Shown: piece after piece, positions 12,508-22,785 of the stretch
Numbering within the stretch: the first letter of the stretch is position 1
Layout: each line of letters begins with the position of its first letter
Program-made: the position numbers and the translations under genes
Assembly: GCA_963826115.1 (NCBI GenBank)
Contig: CAWGVS010000012.1
Span: forward strand, 544,001 to 608,000
Direction of reading: 5' to 3'
From: an uncultured Candidatus Rokubacteria bacterium
GTDB taxonomy: Bacteria > Methylomirabilota > Methylomirabilia > Rokubacteriales > DASRDR01
Length of the DNA: 64,000 bases
Notes under the pieces: model-generated
Database searches by the model: none
Seen by the model: only the letters and a program-made list of their open reading frames with translations
What the model was told of the DNA's origin: nothing

Positions 12508-13812
12508 TCAACGATCTGATTCGGGGCCCGAGTCGGCCGAGGGGGCCGGCTCGATCTTCGCGTGCTCGATGAGGAATGCCACGGTCTTCGCCTCGCGGAG
12601 CGAGAGCCGGAGGCCGGCCAGGTCGCCGCCCCGCTCGAGGAGGCTCCGGATGACCTGGGGCGGGCGGCCCGACTCCTCGGCCAGGCGCGCCACCTCGGCG
12701 TCCACGTCCGCGTCGCTGATGGCCAGCTCCTCGCGCCCGGCGATCGCCTCCAGGAGGAGCGCGCGCCGTACCGACCGCTCGGCGTCGGGCCGGAGCTCGG
12801 CCGACAGCTTCTGGTAGTCCCAGCGGACGGCATCCGGGTCGACGCCCTGCCGGCGCAGGTTCTCGCGGGCGTGGCCGATCCGGTGGGAGACCTCGCGGAT
12901 GACCAGGCTCTCCGGCACCACGAACTCGTGGCGGGCCAGCACCGCGTCCACCACGGCCTCCTCGAGCCCCTGCCGGTCCTGGCGCGCGCCGTCCGCCTCG
13001 AGGCGGGCCCGGACCGCGTCCCGCAGCTCGGCGAGCGTCTCGTGCGTGCCAAGCCCCCGGGCCAGCTCGTCGTCGATCGGCGGCACTTCCTTTTCCTTCA
13101 CCTCGACGACCCGGAGCGTGAGGTCGCCCGGCCGGCCCCGGAGCTCCTCGCGCGGGTGCGTGTCGGGGAACCGCACCTGGACCCGTCGCTCCTCGCCGGC
13201 CTCGAGCCCGATCACCGCCTCGTCCATCTCGGGCAGCACGCGGCCGCCGCCGACCTCGAAGGCGTACCCCTGCTCGCGCCGCGGCTCGCCTCCCTCCGGG
13301 TGGAGCTCGTAGTCGACCACCACGAAGTCGCCGACCCGCGCCGGGCGCGTGGCCGTCACGAGCGTCGCCCGCTGCTCCGCGATGGCGCCGAGCGTCCGTT
13401 CCACGTCGGCCTCGGTCACGGGCCGGGGCGAGTGCCGGGCGGTGACGTCACGGTACTCCCCGAGGGCGATGGCGGGCTTGATCTCGACCACCGCGGTGAA
13501 GCGGAGGGGCCGCCCCTCCTCCAGCTCGAGCTCCCGGAACTCCGGGTCCTCGACCGGCCGGAGCTGCGCCTCGTCCACCGCGCGGCGGTAGACCGCCGGG
13601 ATCAGCGCCTCGGCGACGGCCTGGCGGACCTCGTCCCCGAACCGGGACCGCACGAGGGGCATGGGGACCTTGCCCCGGCGGAAGCCCGGGAGCCGGGCGT
13701 CCCGCTGGACCCGGTCGCACGCCGCCGTGAAGGCCGCCCGGACTTCTTCCTCGGGGGCCTCGACGACCAGCTGCCGCTTACACGGATCGAGCTCTTGAAT
13801 CTCGACTTTCAT
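12508..13812 (-). CDS. tig: Trigger factor
   Basis: PGFRRGKVP ribosome-binding motif; position upstream of clpP. Confidence 0.95.
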   Translation of the reverse strand: MKVEIQELDPCKRQLVVEAPEEEVRAAFTAACDRVQRDARLPGFRRGKVPMPLVRSRFGDEVRQAVAEALIPAVYRRAVDEAQLRPVEDPEFRELELEEGRPLRFTAVVEIKPAIALGEYRDVTARHSPRPVTEADVERTLGAIAEQRATLVTATRPARVGDFVVVDYELHPEGGEPRREQGYAFEVGGGRVLPEMDEAVIGLEAGEERRVQVRFPDTHPREELRGRPGDLTLRVVEVKEKEVPPIDDELARGLGTHETLAELRDAVRARLEADGARQDRQGLEEAVVDAVLARHEFVVPESLVIREVSHRIGHARENLRRQGVDPDAVRWDYQKLSAELRPDAERSVRRALLLEAIAGREELAISDADVDAEVARLAEESGRPPQVIRSLLERGGDLAGLRLSLREAKTVAFLIEHAKIEPAPSADSGPESDR

Positions 13813-13845
13813 CAGGTGGACCGTGCCATTGTCCTAGGCGAGATG

Positions 13846-13933
<88 letters not shown>

Positions 13934-14037
13934 CGTTCGGGTGTCGCGGCGGCCTCGACCTCCCTGCCCCGCGCGTGATCTCGTGCCGACCTGGAGGAGT
14001 ATACCGGACGGGGGGACCCCCGGCAAGAAACCGCGTC

Positions 14038-14859
14038 TCAGGCGCCGTTCCAGGGCGTGCTGCGAATGCTGACGGCGAGTCGATGGCGATCGCCGGGCGC
14101 GAGAGTGACGGCGCCGGCGCCGACGTTCCCCGACTCGACGCAGAGGAACGCGGGCCACTCGTCGTCTCGGAGGTCGGGCAGGACTCGCGCGCGCGCCGGG
14201 CCCGGGTTCCACACGACGGTCGCCATGGAGCCGGTCTTGGCCACCCTCAGGTGGCGCCGCGCGCCCGGATCCTCCACCACGCACGTCGCGGCCGACTCGG
14301 CATACACCCGGTCCGTCTCGCCCCGGATGCGGAGCGGCGTCGGCTCGCCCCGTTTCCGCGTGAAGCCGTCCGCCTCGTCGAGAAACTCGGCGCCCTCCAG
14401 GCCGGCCACGGACACCTCCGCGACGTCGGTCACGGCGAGATACGTGTGGAGCGCCTCCTCGAACGTCACCGGCGCCGGCCCGCGGTTGTCGACCTCGAGC
14501 GCGAGCCGGAGGGCGTCTCCGATTTCCACGTGGTAGCGCAGGCGGCAGCCCGCCGGCCACGCCGGCTCCGTCACGGGCGCGAGCCCGAAGGTGAGCTGGA
14601 CGACGCCCGCCGCGTCCGCGCGGGCGCCCTCGAGGTCCCACGGAACGAGCCGCGCCAGCCCGTGCAGCGGCGCCGCGGGCTCGCCGGCCTTCCGCCCGAA
14701 CCACGGGAAGGCGAGCGGGATCCCGCCGCGGATCGGGAGGCCCGGGGCGAAGCGGCTCGTTTCGCTCAGGAAGAGGACCGGCGCGCCCCCGCGCGGCGCG
14801 TAGGCGGTGACGTGGGCGCCCTGGAGGTAGATCTCGGCCAGCGCGAGGGCCGTCGTCAC
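14038..14859 (-). CDS. D-hexose-6-phosphate mutarotase (aldose 1-epimerase family)
   Basis: IRGGIPLAFPWF, HGLAR, ALHTYL, VVWNPG and FLCVE; frame stays open upstream, so the true start may be earlier. Confidence 0.88.
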   Translation of the reverse strand: MTTALALAEIYLQGAHVTAYAPRGGAPVLFLSETSRFAPGLPIRGGIPLAFPWFGRKAGEPAAPLHGLARLVPWDLEGARADAAGVVQLTFGLAPVTEPAWPAGCRLRYHVEIGDALRLALEVDNRGPAPVTFEEALHTYLAVTDVAEVSVAGLEGAEFLDEADGFTRKRGEPTPLRIRGETDRVYAESAATCVVEDPGARRHLRVAKTGSMATVVWNPGPARARVLPDLRDDEWPAFLCVESGNVGAGAVTLAPGDRHRLAVSIRSTPWNGA

Positions 14860-14956
14860 CTCGACGCGCGGGAGGCCGCCACGCCCGACCGTGAGCCGGA
14901 CCCCGGGCGGGAGCGTCCCGCCGCCGCCCAGGGTGCCTATGCCGCGGGGGCCGGCC

Positions 14957-15709
14957 TCACTCGGCCGGCGCGTAGAGACGGATCGACACGCGCCGATTCT
15001 GGTCCCGGCCCTGCTTGGTCTTGTTGTCCGCCACCGGCCGGATGTCCCCGAGCCCGATCGAGTGGATCCGCGGGAGCTCGACGCCCTTCTCCACCAGGAA
15101 CCGCCGCACCGCCTCGGCGCGGCGCTGGCTGAGCTGGATGTTGTAGGGCACGGTGCCGATGGTGTCGGTGAACCCTTCGAGCTCGATGGAGAGCTGCGGC
15201 TGCTCCTGGAGCTGCTTGGCGAGGGCGAGGAGCTGCGTCTGCGCCCCGTCGTTCAGCATCCACTTGTCGAAGTCGAACTGGACGACGATGGTGTCGGTGA
15301 GCGTCCGCTTGTCCCGATTCGCCCAGAGCTTCGTCAGGCGCTGGTCGGTGTCGGTCGCCTTCCCGAGCGCCTCCTTCGCGGTGGCGCCCGCGGCATCGGC
15401 CCGCGTCGCCGCCTCGGTCGCCTTCACGTTGGCCTCGTCGGCCTTGCCGACGGCCCGGCTCGCCGCCGCGGCCGCCTCCTGGGCCTTCTTGTCCGCGTCC
15501 TCGCTGGCGGCCTTCGTCGCGCCGAGATCCTTCTGGAGCGTGTCCACGCGGGCCTTCTCGTCACTGAGCGTCTTGTCGACGCGGCCGACCTCGGCCCCGG
15601 TCCGCTGCTGGCTCTTGGCGACTTCCTCCTGGACGAACTTCTTCGTGGCGCAACCCGTCACGAGCAGAGCGCTGCCCAGGAGACTCCCGATCACCATCCG
15701 CCACGTCAT
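14957..15709 (-). CDS. OmpA-family lipoprotein with Ala-rich coiled coil
   Basis: Lipobox LLVTGC; FDFDK..EGFTD..YNIQLSQRRA..NRRV. Confidence 0.9.
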   Translation of the reverse strand: MTWRMVIGSLLGSALLVTGCATKKFVQEEVAKSQQRTGAEVGRVDKTLSDEKARVDTLQKDLGATKAASEDADKKAQEAAAAASRAVGKADEANVKATEAATRADAAGATAKEALGKATDTDQRLTKLWANRDKRTLTDTIVVQFDFDKWMLNDGAQTQLLALAKQLQEQPQLSIELEGFTDTIGTVPYNIQLSQRRAEAVRRFLVEKGVELPRIHSIGLGDIRPVADNKTKQGRDQNRRVSIRLYAPAE

Positions 15710-15937
15710 GACCGCGCCCCCTCTTCCTCCGGAATTACGCCATCGCGCCGCCGGCCACGCCGGCGCTCTCCTGGCGCCGAGCCTGCCGGGCCCTCGCTCC
15801 GCTTGCCCCCGGAACCCCGTCGAGGCCCGGGCCGAACGATTACACCACAGGGGCCACCCGCCGGGCCAGGTGGCTTCCCGGGGCCCCCACGACCCCTGCC
15901 GGACCACGCCCGCGCCCGGGTCAGCGGTCGGCGCCGG

Positions 15938-16174
15938 TCAGAATCCCTCGCGCCGGGCCCCACGACCGGCCTCGGCCGCCTTGATCTCCTCGGAGAACAT
16001 CCCCAGGTTGAGCGGGCAGGGCGGCTCGTTCGCCTCGACGTACTGGCACTCCGTCTGGTCGCACTGGACGAAGTAGCCCATCCGGCGCATGAGGTGGGTC
16101 GGCCGGGTCAGCTTGATGAGGACGGCCTCCGACACGACGGGACACCAGAACTCGCGGGGGCGCGTCCAGCGCAT
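15938..16174 (-). CDS. Small Cys-containing hypothetical protein (78 aa)
   Basis: GGAG RBS; FWCP...CDQTECQY..PPCP; non-random composition. Confidence 0.6.
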   Translation of the reverse strand: MRWTRPREFWCPVVSEAVLIKLTRPTHLMRRMGYFVQCDQTECQYVEANEPPCPLNLGMFSEEIKAAEAGRGARREGF

Positions 16175-16309
16175 GACTGGCTCCTGCTCCTCACCTGGGG
16201 GGGTCGAGCGGGTCCGGCGCCTCGGCGGGCGCGCGGCGCTCCTCGCGGCGTCCCCCAGGGCGCGAAATCTGGCGGGACCACGCGGAGGATAGCACACCCC
16301 GGCAGCCCG

Positions 16310-17254
16310 TCAGCCGCCGGCCACGCCCTGCGTGTTCACGTAGAGCGCATAGAGGCTGTGGCTGGCCGCCATGAAGAGGCGGTTCCGGTGGCGGCCGCCG
16401 AAGCACACGTTGGCGCAGCGCTCGGGCAGGTCGATGTGGCCGATCGGCTGACCCCCCGGCGCGAAGACGCGCACGCCGTCCAGGCCGGCCTCGCCCATCC
16501 CCCAGCCGCACCAGAGGTTGCCGTCCACGTCCACGCGGAACCCGTCGGGCGCGCCCCCCGGCCCCGCGTCGATGAGGAGCCGTCCGTTGGCGAGCTTCGT
16601 GCCGCCCGCGACCACGTCGTAGGCGAGGATCGTCCGGTGCGGCATCGCGCGCGAGGCCACCACGTAGAGGGTTCGCTCGTCGGGCGAGAAGGCGAGCCCG
16701 TTGGGTCCCGGGATGTCGTCCGCCATCACGGCGAGCTGGCCGGTCTGGACGTCCAGCCGGTAGACGGCGGGCGTGTTCTCCGACTCGTCCTTGTGCCCCT
16801 CGTAGTAGCCGAGGATGCCGAACACGGGGTCGGTGAACCAGACCGCGCCGTCGCGCGCCACCACGACGTCGTTCGGCGAGTTGAGCTTCCGGCCGCGATA
16901 GGCGTTGGCCAGCACCGTGACGGAGCCGTCGTACTCGGTGCGCGTGACACGCCGCGTGTCGTGCTCACACGTGACGAGACGCCCCTGGCGATCGCGCGTG
17001 TTGCCGTTCGCGTTGCTCGAGGGCTTGCGGAACACCGACACCGCGCCGGTCTCCTCGTCCCACCGGAGGATCCGGTTGTTCGGGATGTCGCTCCACAGGA
17101 GGTAGCGCCCGTCGCCGACCCATACCGGCCCCTCGGACCACCGGCAGCCCGTGTAGAGCCGCTCGACCGAGGCCAGCATCAGCCGGTACTGGTTGAAGGC
17201 CGGGTCCAGCACCCGCACCGCCGGGTCCGGGTAACGCTCGCTCGGCTGCCACAT
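16310..17254 (-). CDS. SMP-30/gluconolactonase family protein
   Basis: WSEGPVW, WSDIPNNRI, LNSPNDVV, PNGLAFSPDE and PDGFRVD. Confidence 0.92.
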   Translation of the reverse strand: MWQPSERYPDPAVRVLDPAFNQYRLMLASVERLYTGCRWSEGPVWVGDGRYLLWSDIPNNRILRWDEETGAVSVFRKPSSNANGNTRDRQGRLVTCEHDTRRVTRTEYDGSVTVLANAYRGRKLNSPNDVVVARDGAVWFTDPVFGILGYYEGHKDESENTPAVYRLDVQTGQLAVMADDIPGPNGLAFSPDERTLYVVASRAMPHRTILAYDVVAGGTKLANGRLLIDAGPGGAPDGFRVDVDGNLWCGWGMGEAGLDGVRVFAPGGQPIGHIDLPERCANVCFGGRHRNRLFMAASHSLYALYVNTQGVAGG

Positions 17255-17368
17255 GGGTCGTCTCCGCGCTGGGGGTTGGGGCTCGGGTCCCGCCATTCTA
17301 CTCAGGCGGGGCCGCGAGCGGGCCCCCCGGAGCGGCGGGCTCGCGCCTGTGATAGTAGATGAGTGCCC

Positions 17369-18844
17369 ATGGCCGACGTCGATCCCTTCGCGCCCGCCAC
17401 CGAGCTCCTGGCCGCCCGGGCCGCCGGGCGCGTGACGGCGAGCGAGCTGACCGACCTCTACATCCGCCGGATCGAGCGCCACGACGGGCGCCTCAACGCG
17501 GTCGTGGTCCGCGACTTCGCGCGCGCCCGCCAGCAGGCGCGCGCCGCCGACCGGGCCGCCGCGCGCGGCGAGGGCGGCGCCCTCCTGGGCCTCCCGATGA
17601 CGATCAAGGAGTCCTTCAACGTGGTCGGGCTCCCCACGACCTGCGGCGTCCTGGACTGGCGCGATTTCGTCTCCCGCCACGACGCCCCCGCCGTCGAGCG
17701 GACCCGCGCCGCCGGCGCGGTCCTGCTCGGGAAGACCAACGTCCCGCCGATGCTCGCCGACTGGCAGTCCGCCAACCCGATCCACGGGCGCGCGAACAAC
17801 CCCTGGGACCTCGGCCGCACGCCCGGCGGGTCGAGCGGGGGCAGCGCGGCGGCGATCGCGGCGGGCCTCTCGGCCTTCGAGGTGGGCAGCGACATCGGCG
17901 GCTCGATCCGGGTGCCCGCCGTCTTCTGCGGCGTCTACGGCCACCGGCCGAGCGAGACGCTCCTGCCCAAGAGCGGGCAATTCCCCTTCCCGCCGCTGCC
18001 GAACTCGGTCGCCGTGATGGGCGTGCAGGGCCCGATCGCCCGCAGCGCCGAGGACCTCGAGCTCGGCCTCGCCGTCCTGGCCGGGCCCGACGCGGGCGAG
18101 GACGTGGCGTGGCGCGTCGCCTTGCCGCCCGCCCGCCACGACCGCCTCGCCGACTTCCGCGTCGCGGTGCTGCCCGCCATCCCCTGGATCACCGTCGACG
18201 ACGAGCTCACGCTCGCCCTTCACGACCTGGCGGGACGGCTCGGCCGGCTCGGCGCGACGGTGCAGGAGGTCCAGCCTGGCGTCTTCGGCGACCACCGCGC
18301 GCATCACCAGCTCTACCGGTCGCTCCTCGCCGCGATGACGAGCGCCCGCGACACCCCCGAGGGGCGCGAGAAACGGATCGTCTTCTGGAAGACCGGCACG
18401 GACGAGTTCTCCCGCGCGCACCTCCGCGGCCTCACCGGCGCACCCGGCGACCTCGTCGTGTGGGGCGCCCAGCGCGAGGGCTTCCGCCAGGCGTGGCGCG
18501 CGTTCTTCCAGGACTGGGACGTCCTGCTCGCCCCCGCCATCAACGTGCTCGCCTATCCGCATGTCGAGCGCGCCTGGCCCCCGGACGACAGCGACCTCCG
18601 TCTCACCCTCGACGTGAACGGCCGCGCCGTGCCCTACCTCCACGGGCTGGTCTACCCCGCGCTGTCGACGGTGGCGGGGCAGCCCGCCACCGCGTTCCCG
18701 GTGGGGCTCTCGCGCGGCGGGCTGCCCATCGGGCTGCAGGCCGTGGGCCCGTACCTCGAGGACCTGACGCCGATCCGCTTCGCGGCGCTCCTCGCCCGCG
18801 AGATCGGCGGCTTCCGCAAGCCGCCCGGCTTCGACGCGAGCTAG
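17369..18844 (+). CDS. Amidase signature family enzyme
   Basis: PMTIKES, GGSSGGSAAA and GSDIGGSIRVPA. Confidence 0.93.
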   Translation: MADVDPFAPATELLAARAAGRVTASELTDLYIRRIERHDGRLNAVVVRDFARARQQARAADRAAARGEGGALLGLPMTIKESFNVVGLPTTCGVLDWRDFVSRHDAPAVERTRAAGAVLLGKTNVPPMLADWQSANPIHGRANNPWDLGRTPGGSSGGSAAAIAAGLSAFEVGSDIGGSIRVPAVFCGVYGHRPSETLLPKSGQFPFPPLPNSVAVMGVQGPIARSAEDLELGLAVLAGPDAGEDVAWRVALPPARHDRLADFRVAVLPAIPWITVDDELTLALHDLAGRLGRLGATVQEVQPGVFGDHRAHHQLYRSLLAAMTSARDTPEGREKRIVFWKTGTDEFSRAHLRGLTGAPGDLVVWGAQREGFRQAWRAFFQDWDVLLAPAINVLAYPHVERAWPPDDSDLRLTLDVNGRAVPYLHGLVYPALSTVAGQPATAFPVGLSRGGLPIGLQAVGPYLEDLTPIRFAALLAREIGGFRKPPGFDAS

Positions 18845-18858
18845 GCTGGCGTCGCGGC

Positions 18859-19005
18859 CCGGCGATCGCGCTGACGGCCCACGCGAGCGCGGACGCCCGC
18901 GTCGATTCCCTGCGCGCCGGCTACGACATCTACCTGGCGAAGCCGGTGGACCCGGCCGAGCTCGCGGTCGTGGTCAACCGGCTCGCCCGGCGCGCCGGCC
19001 CGTAA
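18859..19005 (+). pseudogene. Orphan C-terminal fragment of a receiver domain (hybrid kinase type)
   Basis: PAIALTAHA..SLRAGYDIYLAKPVDPAEL with no start and no N-terminal half. Confidence 0.7.
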
Positions 19006-19014
19006 CGGGCGCCG

Positions 19015-19740
19015 CTACTGCCGGCGCCTGCGGGAGCGGCCGGTGGCCCCCCGGTACCCCGCGGCCGCGGCTTCGAGGCGCGCCCCGAGCTCTTCCAGGC
19101 GCTCGCGCCCGAGCGCCTGGGCGCGCTTGAACATGTCCCGCTCCTCCTCCTTCACGTGATGGTCGACGATCTCGGACAGGACGGTCATCTTCGCGTCGAA
19201 GCGGTCGTCCCGAGGGCTCACCCGCGGCAGCTCGGCCAGCACCAGGTCGACGACGTGGTGCTCCTCCAGGGCCTCGTCGATGAGCGTCGTCGCTTCCTCG
19301 GTCCCGAGGCCGCGCACGGCGGGATAGAAGATGTCCTCCTCGATCTTCGTGTGCATCGCGAGCGCGCTCGCGATCTCGTGGAGGAGCTCGCGCCGCGCCC
19401 GGACCTCGTGGGCCTCGAGCACCTTCCGAAAGAGCTCCTCCAGCTCGCGGTGCTGGCCCTTCAGGACGCTCACCGCGTCGTGGCCCGCGGCCAACGTGCT
19501 GGTGATCGCCTCGCGGGCCGTGTTCACGAGCCCGGCGCCGACCTGCTTGACGGTGTCCGTCGACCCCCGCAGGACCTTGCCCATGGTCGACCCGGCCGCC
19601 TCGAGCATGGTCGACGCGCCCTGGCGCGGGCGCCGCTTCGATCGGGCGCGGGCCTCCGGCGGCCGCGCGGACGGCTTGACCTTGTTCGGCCGGCGGGAGC
19701 CGGCCGTCTTCGGACGGGGCGAGGCTGCGGTGCGAGTCAT
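19015..19740 (-). CDS. Hemerythrin-domain protein with basic N-terminal extension
   Basis: LKGQHRELEELF..HTKIEEDIFYP..EEHH..HHVKEEE. Confidence 0.88.
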   Translation of the reverse strand: MTRTAASPRPKTAGSRRPNKVKPSARPPEARARSKRRPRQGASTMLEAAGSTMGKVLRGSTDTVKQVGAGLVNTAREAITSTLAAGHDAVSVLKGQHRELEELFRKVLEAHEVRARRELLHEIASALAMHTKIEEDIFYPAVRGLGTEEATTLIDEALEEHHVVDLVLAELPRVSPRDDRFDAKMTVLSEIVDHHVKEEERDMFKRAQALGRERLEELGARLEAAAAGYRGATGRSRRRRQ

Positions 19741-19796
19741 GGGGCTCTCCTTTCGGTGGCGGCCGAGCCGGCTCGGCCGTCCCTGGTCCGCAATCG

Positions 19797-19812
19797 TGCA
19801 AGTCCGCTGCCG
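19797..19812 (-). promoter_or_regulatory. Putative sigma54 -24/-12 promoter of the hemerythrin gene
   Basis: CGGCAGCGGACTTGCA (GG-N10-GC); 15/16 identical to the site at 22523-22538. Confidence 0.55.
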
Positions 19813-19888
19813 CGCTCGTGTCCCGTGTCGGCGGGCGGGACCGCGCACGACAGGCCGTCGGACGCGCGACCGCGGGACCAGCGGCCCG

Positions 19889-20836
19889 CTAGCTCGCCTG
19901 GCGCGCCAGCCGCGAGCGGGTCCCGCGCGTCCTTGGCAGCGCCGCCGGCCGCGTCCGGCCCTCGAGGCTCGCTTTCAGGGCGTCCATGATGCTCACGACC
20001 GGGGCGCGCGCCGCCGCCGGCGTCTCCACCTCGATCACTCGCCCGTTCGCCTTGGCCCGGGCCGCCTGGAGCACGCGGCCGCGGTACGCGTCCTCGTAGC
20101 GCTCGGGCCTGAACGTGTCGCTCGCGAGCTCGCCGATGAGCCGGCGCGCGAGCTGGAGCTCCTCCGGTCGGCTGCGGCCCGGCGCCCGGGCGCCGGCGGG
20201 CCGCGCCCGGACCTCGTCGGCGAAGAAGAGCGTGTGGAGGATGAGCGTGCCCTCGACCGCGCGGAGCGCCACCAGGTTCTCCTTGCCCCGCATCAGGAAC
20301 GTCGCCAGGGCGACGCGCGAGTCCCCCTCCATGGCCTCGGTGAGGAGCCCGTACGCCTTCTCCCCGTCCTTCGCGGGCGCCAGGTAGTACGCCGTCTCGT
20401 AGTAGATGGGGTCGACGGCGGCCAGCGGCACGAACTCCGCGATGTCGATGGTCCGGGGGACCTCGCCCTCGAGCCGCTCGAGCTCCTCCGGGCTGAAGAC
20501 GACGTACTGGTCCTTTCCGACGTCGAGCCCTCGCACGAGCTCGCTCCGCTCGACGACGCGCCGGCAGACCGGGCAGTAGATCTGCTGCTGGATGCGGCTC
20601 CCGCAGGCCCCGTGGACCAGGTGGAACGCCGGCGCGAGCGACCGGGTCGCGCTCCGGAGCTCGACCGGAATCGTCACCAGGCCGAAGCTGATCATCGCGC
20701 TGCTGAGCGGGCGGGACTCCGGGCGCCCCTCGTCGACCACCGCCCGCGCCGGCTTCGCGCCACCGGGCCGGCGCCGGCCGGCGGGACGCTTCGCCGGGTT
20801 CGCTGACCCGATCGGGCTAGCCGTTCTCATCGACAT
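19889..20836 (-). CDS. ku: Non-homologous end joining protein Ku
   Basis: ISFGLVTIPV, IDIAEFVPLAAVDPIYYETAYYLAP, YEDAYR and SIMDALKASL. Confidence 0.93.
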   Translation of the reverse strand: MSMRTASPIGSANPAKRPAGRRRPGGAKPARAVVDEGRPESRPLSSAMISFGLVTIPVELRSATRSLAPAFHLVHGACGSRIQQQIYCPVCRRVVERSELVRGLDVGKDQYVVFSPEELERLEGEVPRTIDIAEFVPLAAVDPIYYETAYYLAPAKDGEKAYGLLTEAMEGDSRVALATFLMRGKENLVALRAVEGTLILHTLFFADEVRARPAGARAPGRSRPEELQLARRLIGELASDTFRPERYEDAYRGRVLQAARAKANGRVIEVETPAAARAPVVSIMDALKASLEGRTRPAALPRTRGTRSRLARQAS

Positions 20837-20906
20837 GCTCTCCTCCCGGCCGCGGCCGTCCCGCGGGCCGGCGCCGCGGCCCGGGTCTCATCCCGCCCCG
20901 TCACCA

Positions 20907-22499
20907 TCACTCGCGGGTATCCGCCGAGCGGACCTCGCGGTCGAAGCCGGGCAGGATCGCCTTGAAGAAGGCGTTCTGGATCAGCTTCACGATGGCCTGC
21001 GCCGTGCTCGTGTTCGGGTTGTCGAGGCGGCCCGAGATGTCGACCTCGGTGGCGACCTCCTTCCGCGGGACGTTCTTCATGACCTTCGCCACCCCGGTCA
21101 CGACCTGCTCGTAGAGCTTCTTCATCGCGCTCTTGTGCCGATCCTGCGCCGGGTCGTAGGCCTGCACGTCCTTGAACAGGGGCTTCACGTAGCCGCGGAC
21201 CTGTGCGTTCTTCACCGCGAGCTCCGAGTAGAAGGAGAACACTCCGGAGACGACGTCGAACTTGCCGTGGGCGCGCAGCATGTCGTTCATCGACCGGAGG
21301 TCGGTGGCCTCGATCGCCACGCGCAGGTCAAAATCGGGGCCGTCGACCTCCGGCCGGAAATGCGCCGTGATCTGAGTCGGGCCGTTGCCCATGAAGCGGC
21401 CGGTGACGGTCGCCGTCATCTCGCCTTCGCTCTTCTGGTTCGTGAAGTTCTCGACCCGCAGGCGCCTGACGTCCACGAAGGCGCGGTAGGCGGGTGTCGT
21501 CTTCTTGTTGAAGAAGCCGACGCGGCTGTCGACGAGCTCGACCTGGCGCGCGCGAAGCTTGAGGCCGGGCGCGTTGTTGGCCTTCTGCAGCGCCTGGACG
21601 GTCTTCCGGGCGGCCTTCTCGGGCACGCCGGTCGTCTGCGGGGTGGAGACGTACTCGATCTTCATGCCGCTGATCGTCGCCTCCCGCAGATCCGCCATCC
21701 GGACGGTGGGTCCGTACTCGAACGCGCCGGCGGCCGACAGGGTCCCGCCCTCGCTGGCGACGCTCCCGTGGTTCAGCACCGGCTTGAAGTAGTCGAGGGC
21801 GATCCCCGCCAGCGTCACGTCGCCCTGGATCCCCGGGATGGGCACGGCCAGGAAATCGGCCTGTCCGTCCAGGGTCACGCGACCGCTCTCGAAGACCACG
21901 GCGTCGACGTGCACGTCCGACGGATACGTCCGGTCCTGCGACCGGATGTTCCGGATGTTCCGGGCAATGAGGTTGATCCGGCTGGCCTCGAGCGGGGCGA
22001 ATCGCCTGTCGTCGACGTACGTCACGAGCCCGTCCGTCACGCGGACCTCGTTGATCTTGAGAGGGTAGATCGCCTGGAACGCTTCCTGCCAGCCGTGGTC
22101 CTTCACCGGGGTGGGGTCCGTCGCCTCCGCGCGGAGCTGCTGGAGGTTCACGTACAACGCCGGCTGATCCAGCGCGAAGTTCGCCACGAGGCGCCCGTGG
22201 AGGAGCGCCCGCCAGTGGACGCTCGCGTCGAGGCGCCGCGCGAGGAACACCGGCGGATCGGGGTGCGCCTCCTGCACGAACTCGAGGTCGTAGACGGTGA
22301 GCGAGAGCCCGACCGGGTGGAAGCTCACCGCCCGGATCCCTGCGCGGTAGCCCTTCAGCCGCTCGTTCATCTGGCGGACGATGATCCGCCGCAGCGGCTC
22401 GTCGACGAGGTGCGACGCGACGGCGGCCGCGCCGAGCAGGACGACGAGCGCGAGCCCACCAACCCAGACCCAACGTCGCCGGCGCCCGCTCGTGCGCAT
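20907..22499 (-). CDS. DUF748/AsmA-like membrane-anchored protein
   Basis: N-terminal TM; repeated beta-rich units; C-terminal GYVKPLF..LIQNAFFKAILPGFD. Confidence 0.75.
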   Translation of the reverse strand: MRTSGRRRRWVWVGGLALVVLLGAAAVASHLVDEPLRRIIVRQMNERLKGYRAGIRAVSFHPVGLSLTVYDLEFVQEAHPDPPVFLARRLDASVHWRALLHGRLVANFALDQPALYVNLQQLRAEATDPTPVKDHGWQEAFQAIYPLKINEVRVTDGLVTYVDDRRFAPLEASRINLIARNIRNIRSQDRTYPSDVHVDAVVFESGRVTLDGQADFLAVPIPGIQGDVTLAGIALDYFKPVLNHGSVASEGGTLSAAGAFEYGPTVRMADLREATISGMKIEYVSTPQTTGVPEKAARKTVQALQKANNAPGLKLRARQVELVDSRVGFFNKKTTPAYRAFVDVRRLRVENFTNQKSEGEMTATVTGRFMGNGPTQITAHFRPEVDGPDFDLRVAIEATDLRSMNDMLRAHGKFDVVSGVFSFYSELAVKNAQVRGYVKPLFKDVQAYDPAQDRHKSAMKKLYEQVVTGVAKVMKNVPRKEVATEVDISGRLDNPNTSTAQAIVKLIQNAFFKAILPGFDREVRSADTRE

Positions 22500-22522
22500 C
22501 GAGTGACTCCGTCCATCGTCAG

Positions 22523-22538
22523 TGCAAGGCCGCTGCCG
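22523..22538 (-). promoter_or_regulatory. Putative sigma54 -24/-12 promoter of DUF748-ku
   Basis: CGGCAGCGGCCTTGCA (GG-N10-GC) ending 24 nt before ATG 22499. Confidence 0.55.
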
Positions 22539-22785
22539 GAGAAAAGCCGCTGGAATGGCGGGCGTGATCGGCGCGGCGAGCGCCGACACGGCGTCGTGAC
22601 CGCGTCAGGTTGGCCGGATCCCCGGCGGCCGCGTGGACCCCGGCCGCGGGACGGCGGAGGACGCGCCGGAGCTTGCCTCGCCGCGTGTTCCCGCCCGCGG
22701 GTCCAGCACGACGCGTACGTGGGACCGGGGCCATGGCTTCGGGGCCCCGGGGTGCCCGGCTACACTCGAGGCGGGGAGGGAGACC

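Noticed and set aside
22591-22714. Possible structured RNA upstream of rtcB (GCGTCGTG/CACGACGC pairing)
   Set aside because: Short complementarity is expected by chance at this GC content, and I see no recognisable Y-RNA or tRNA-like motifs
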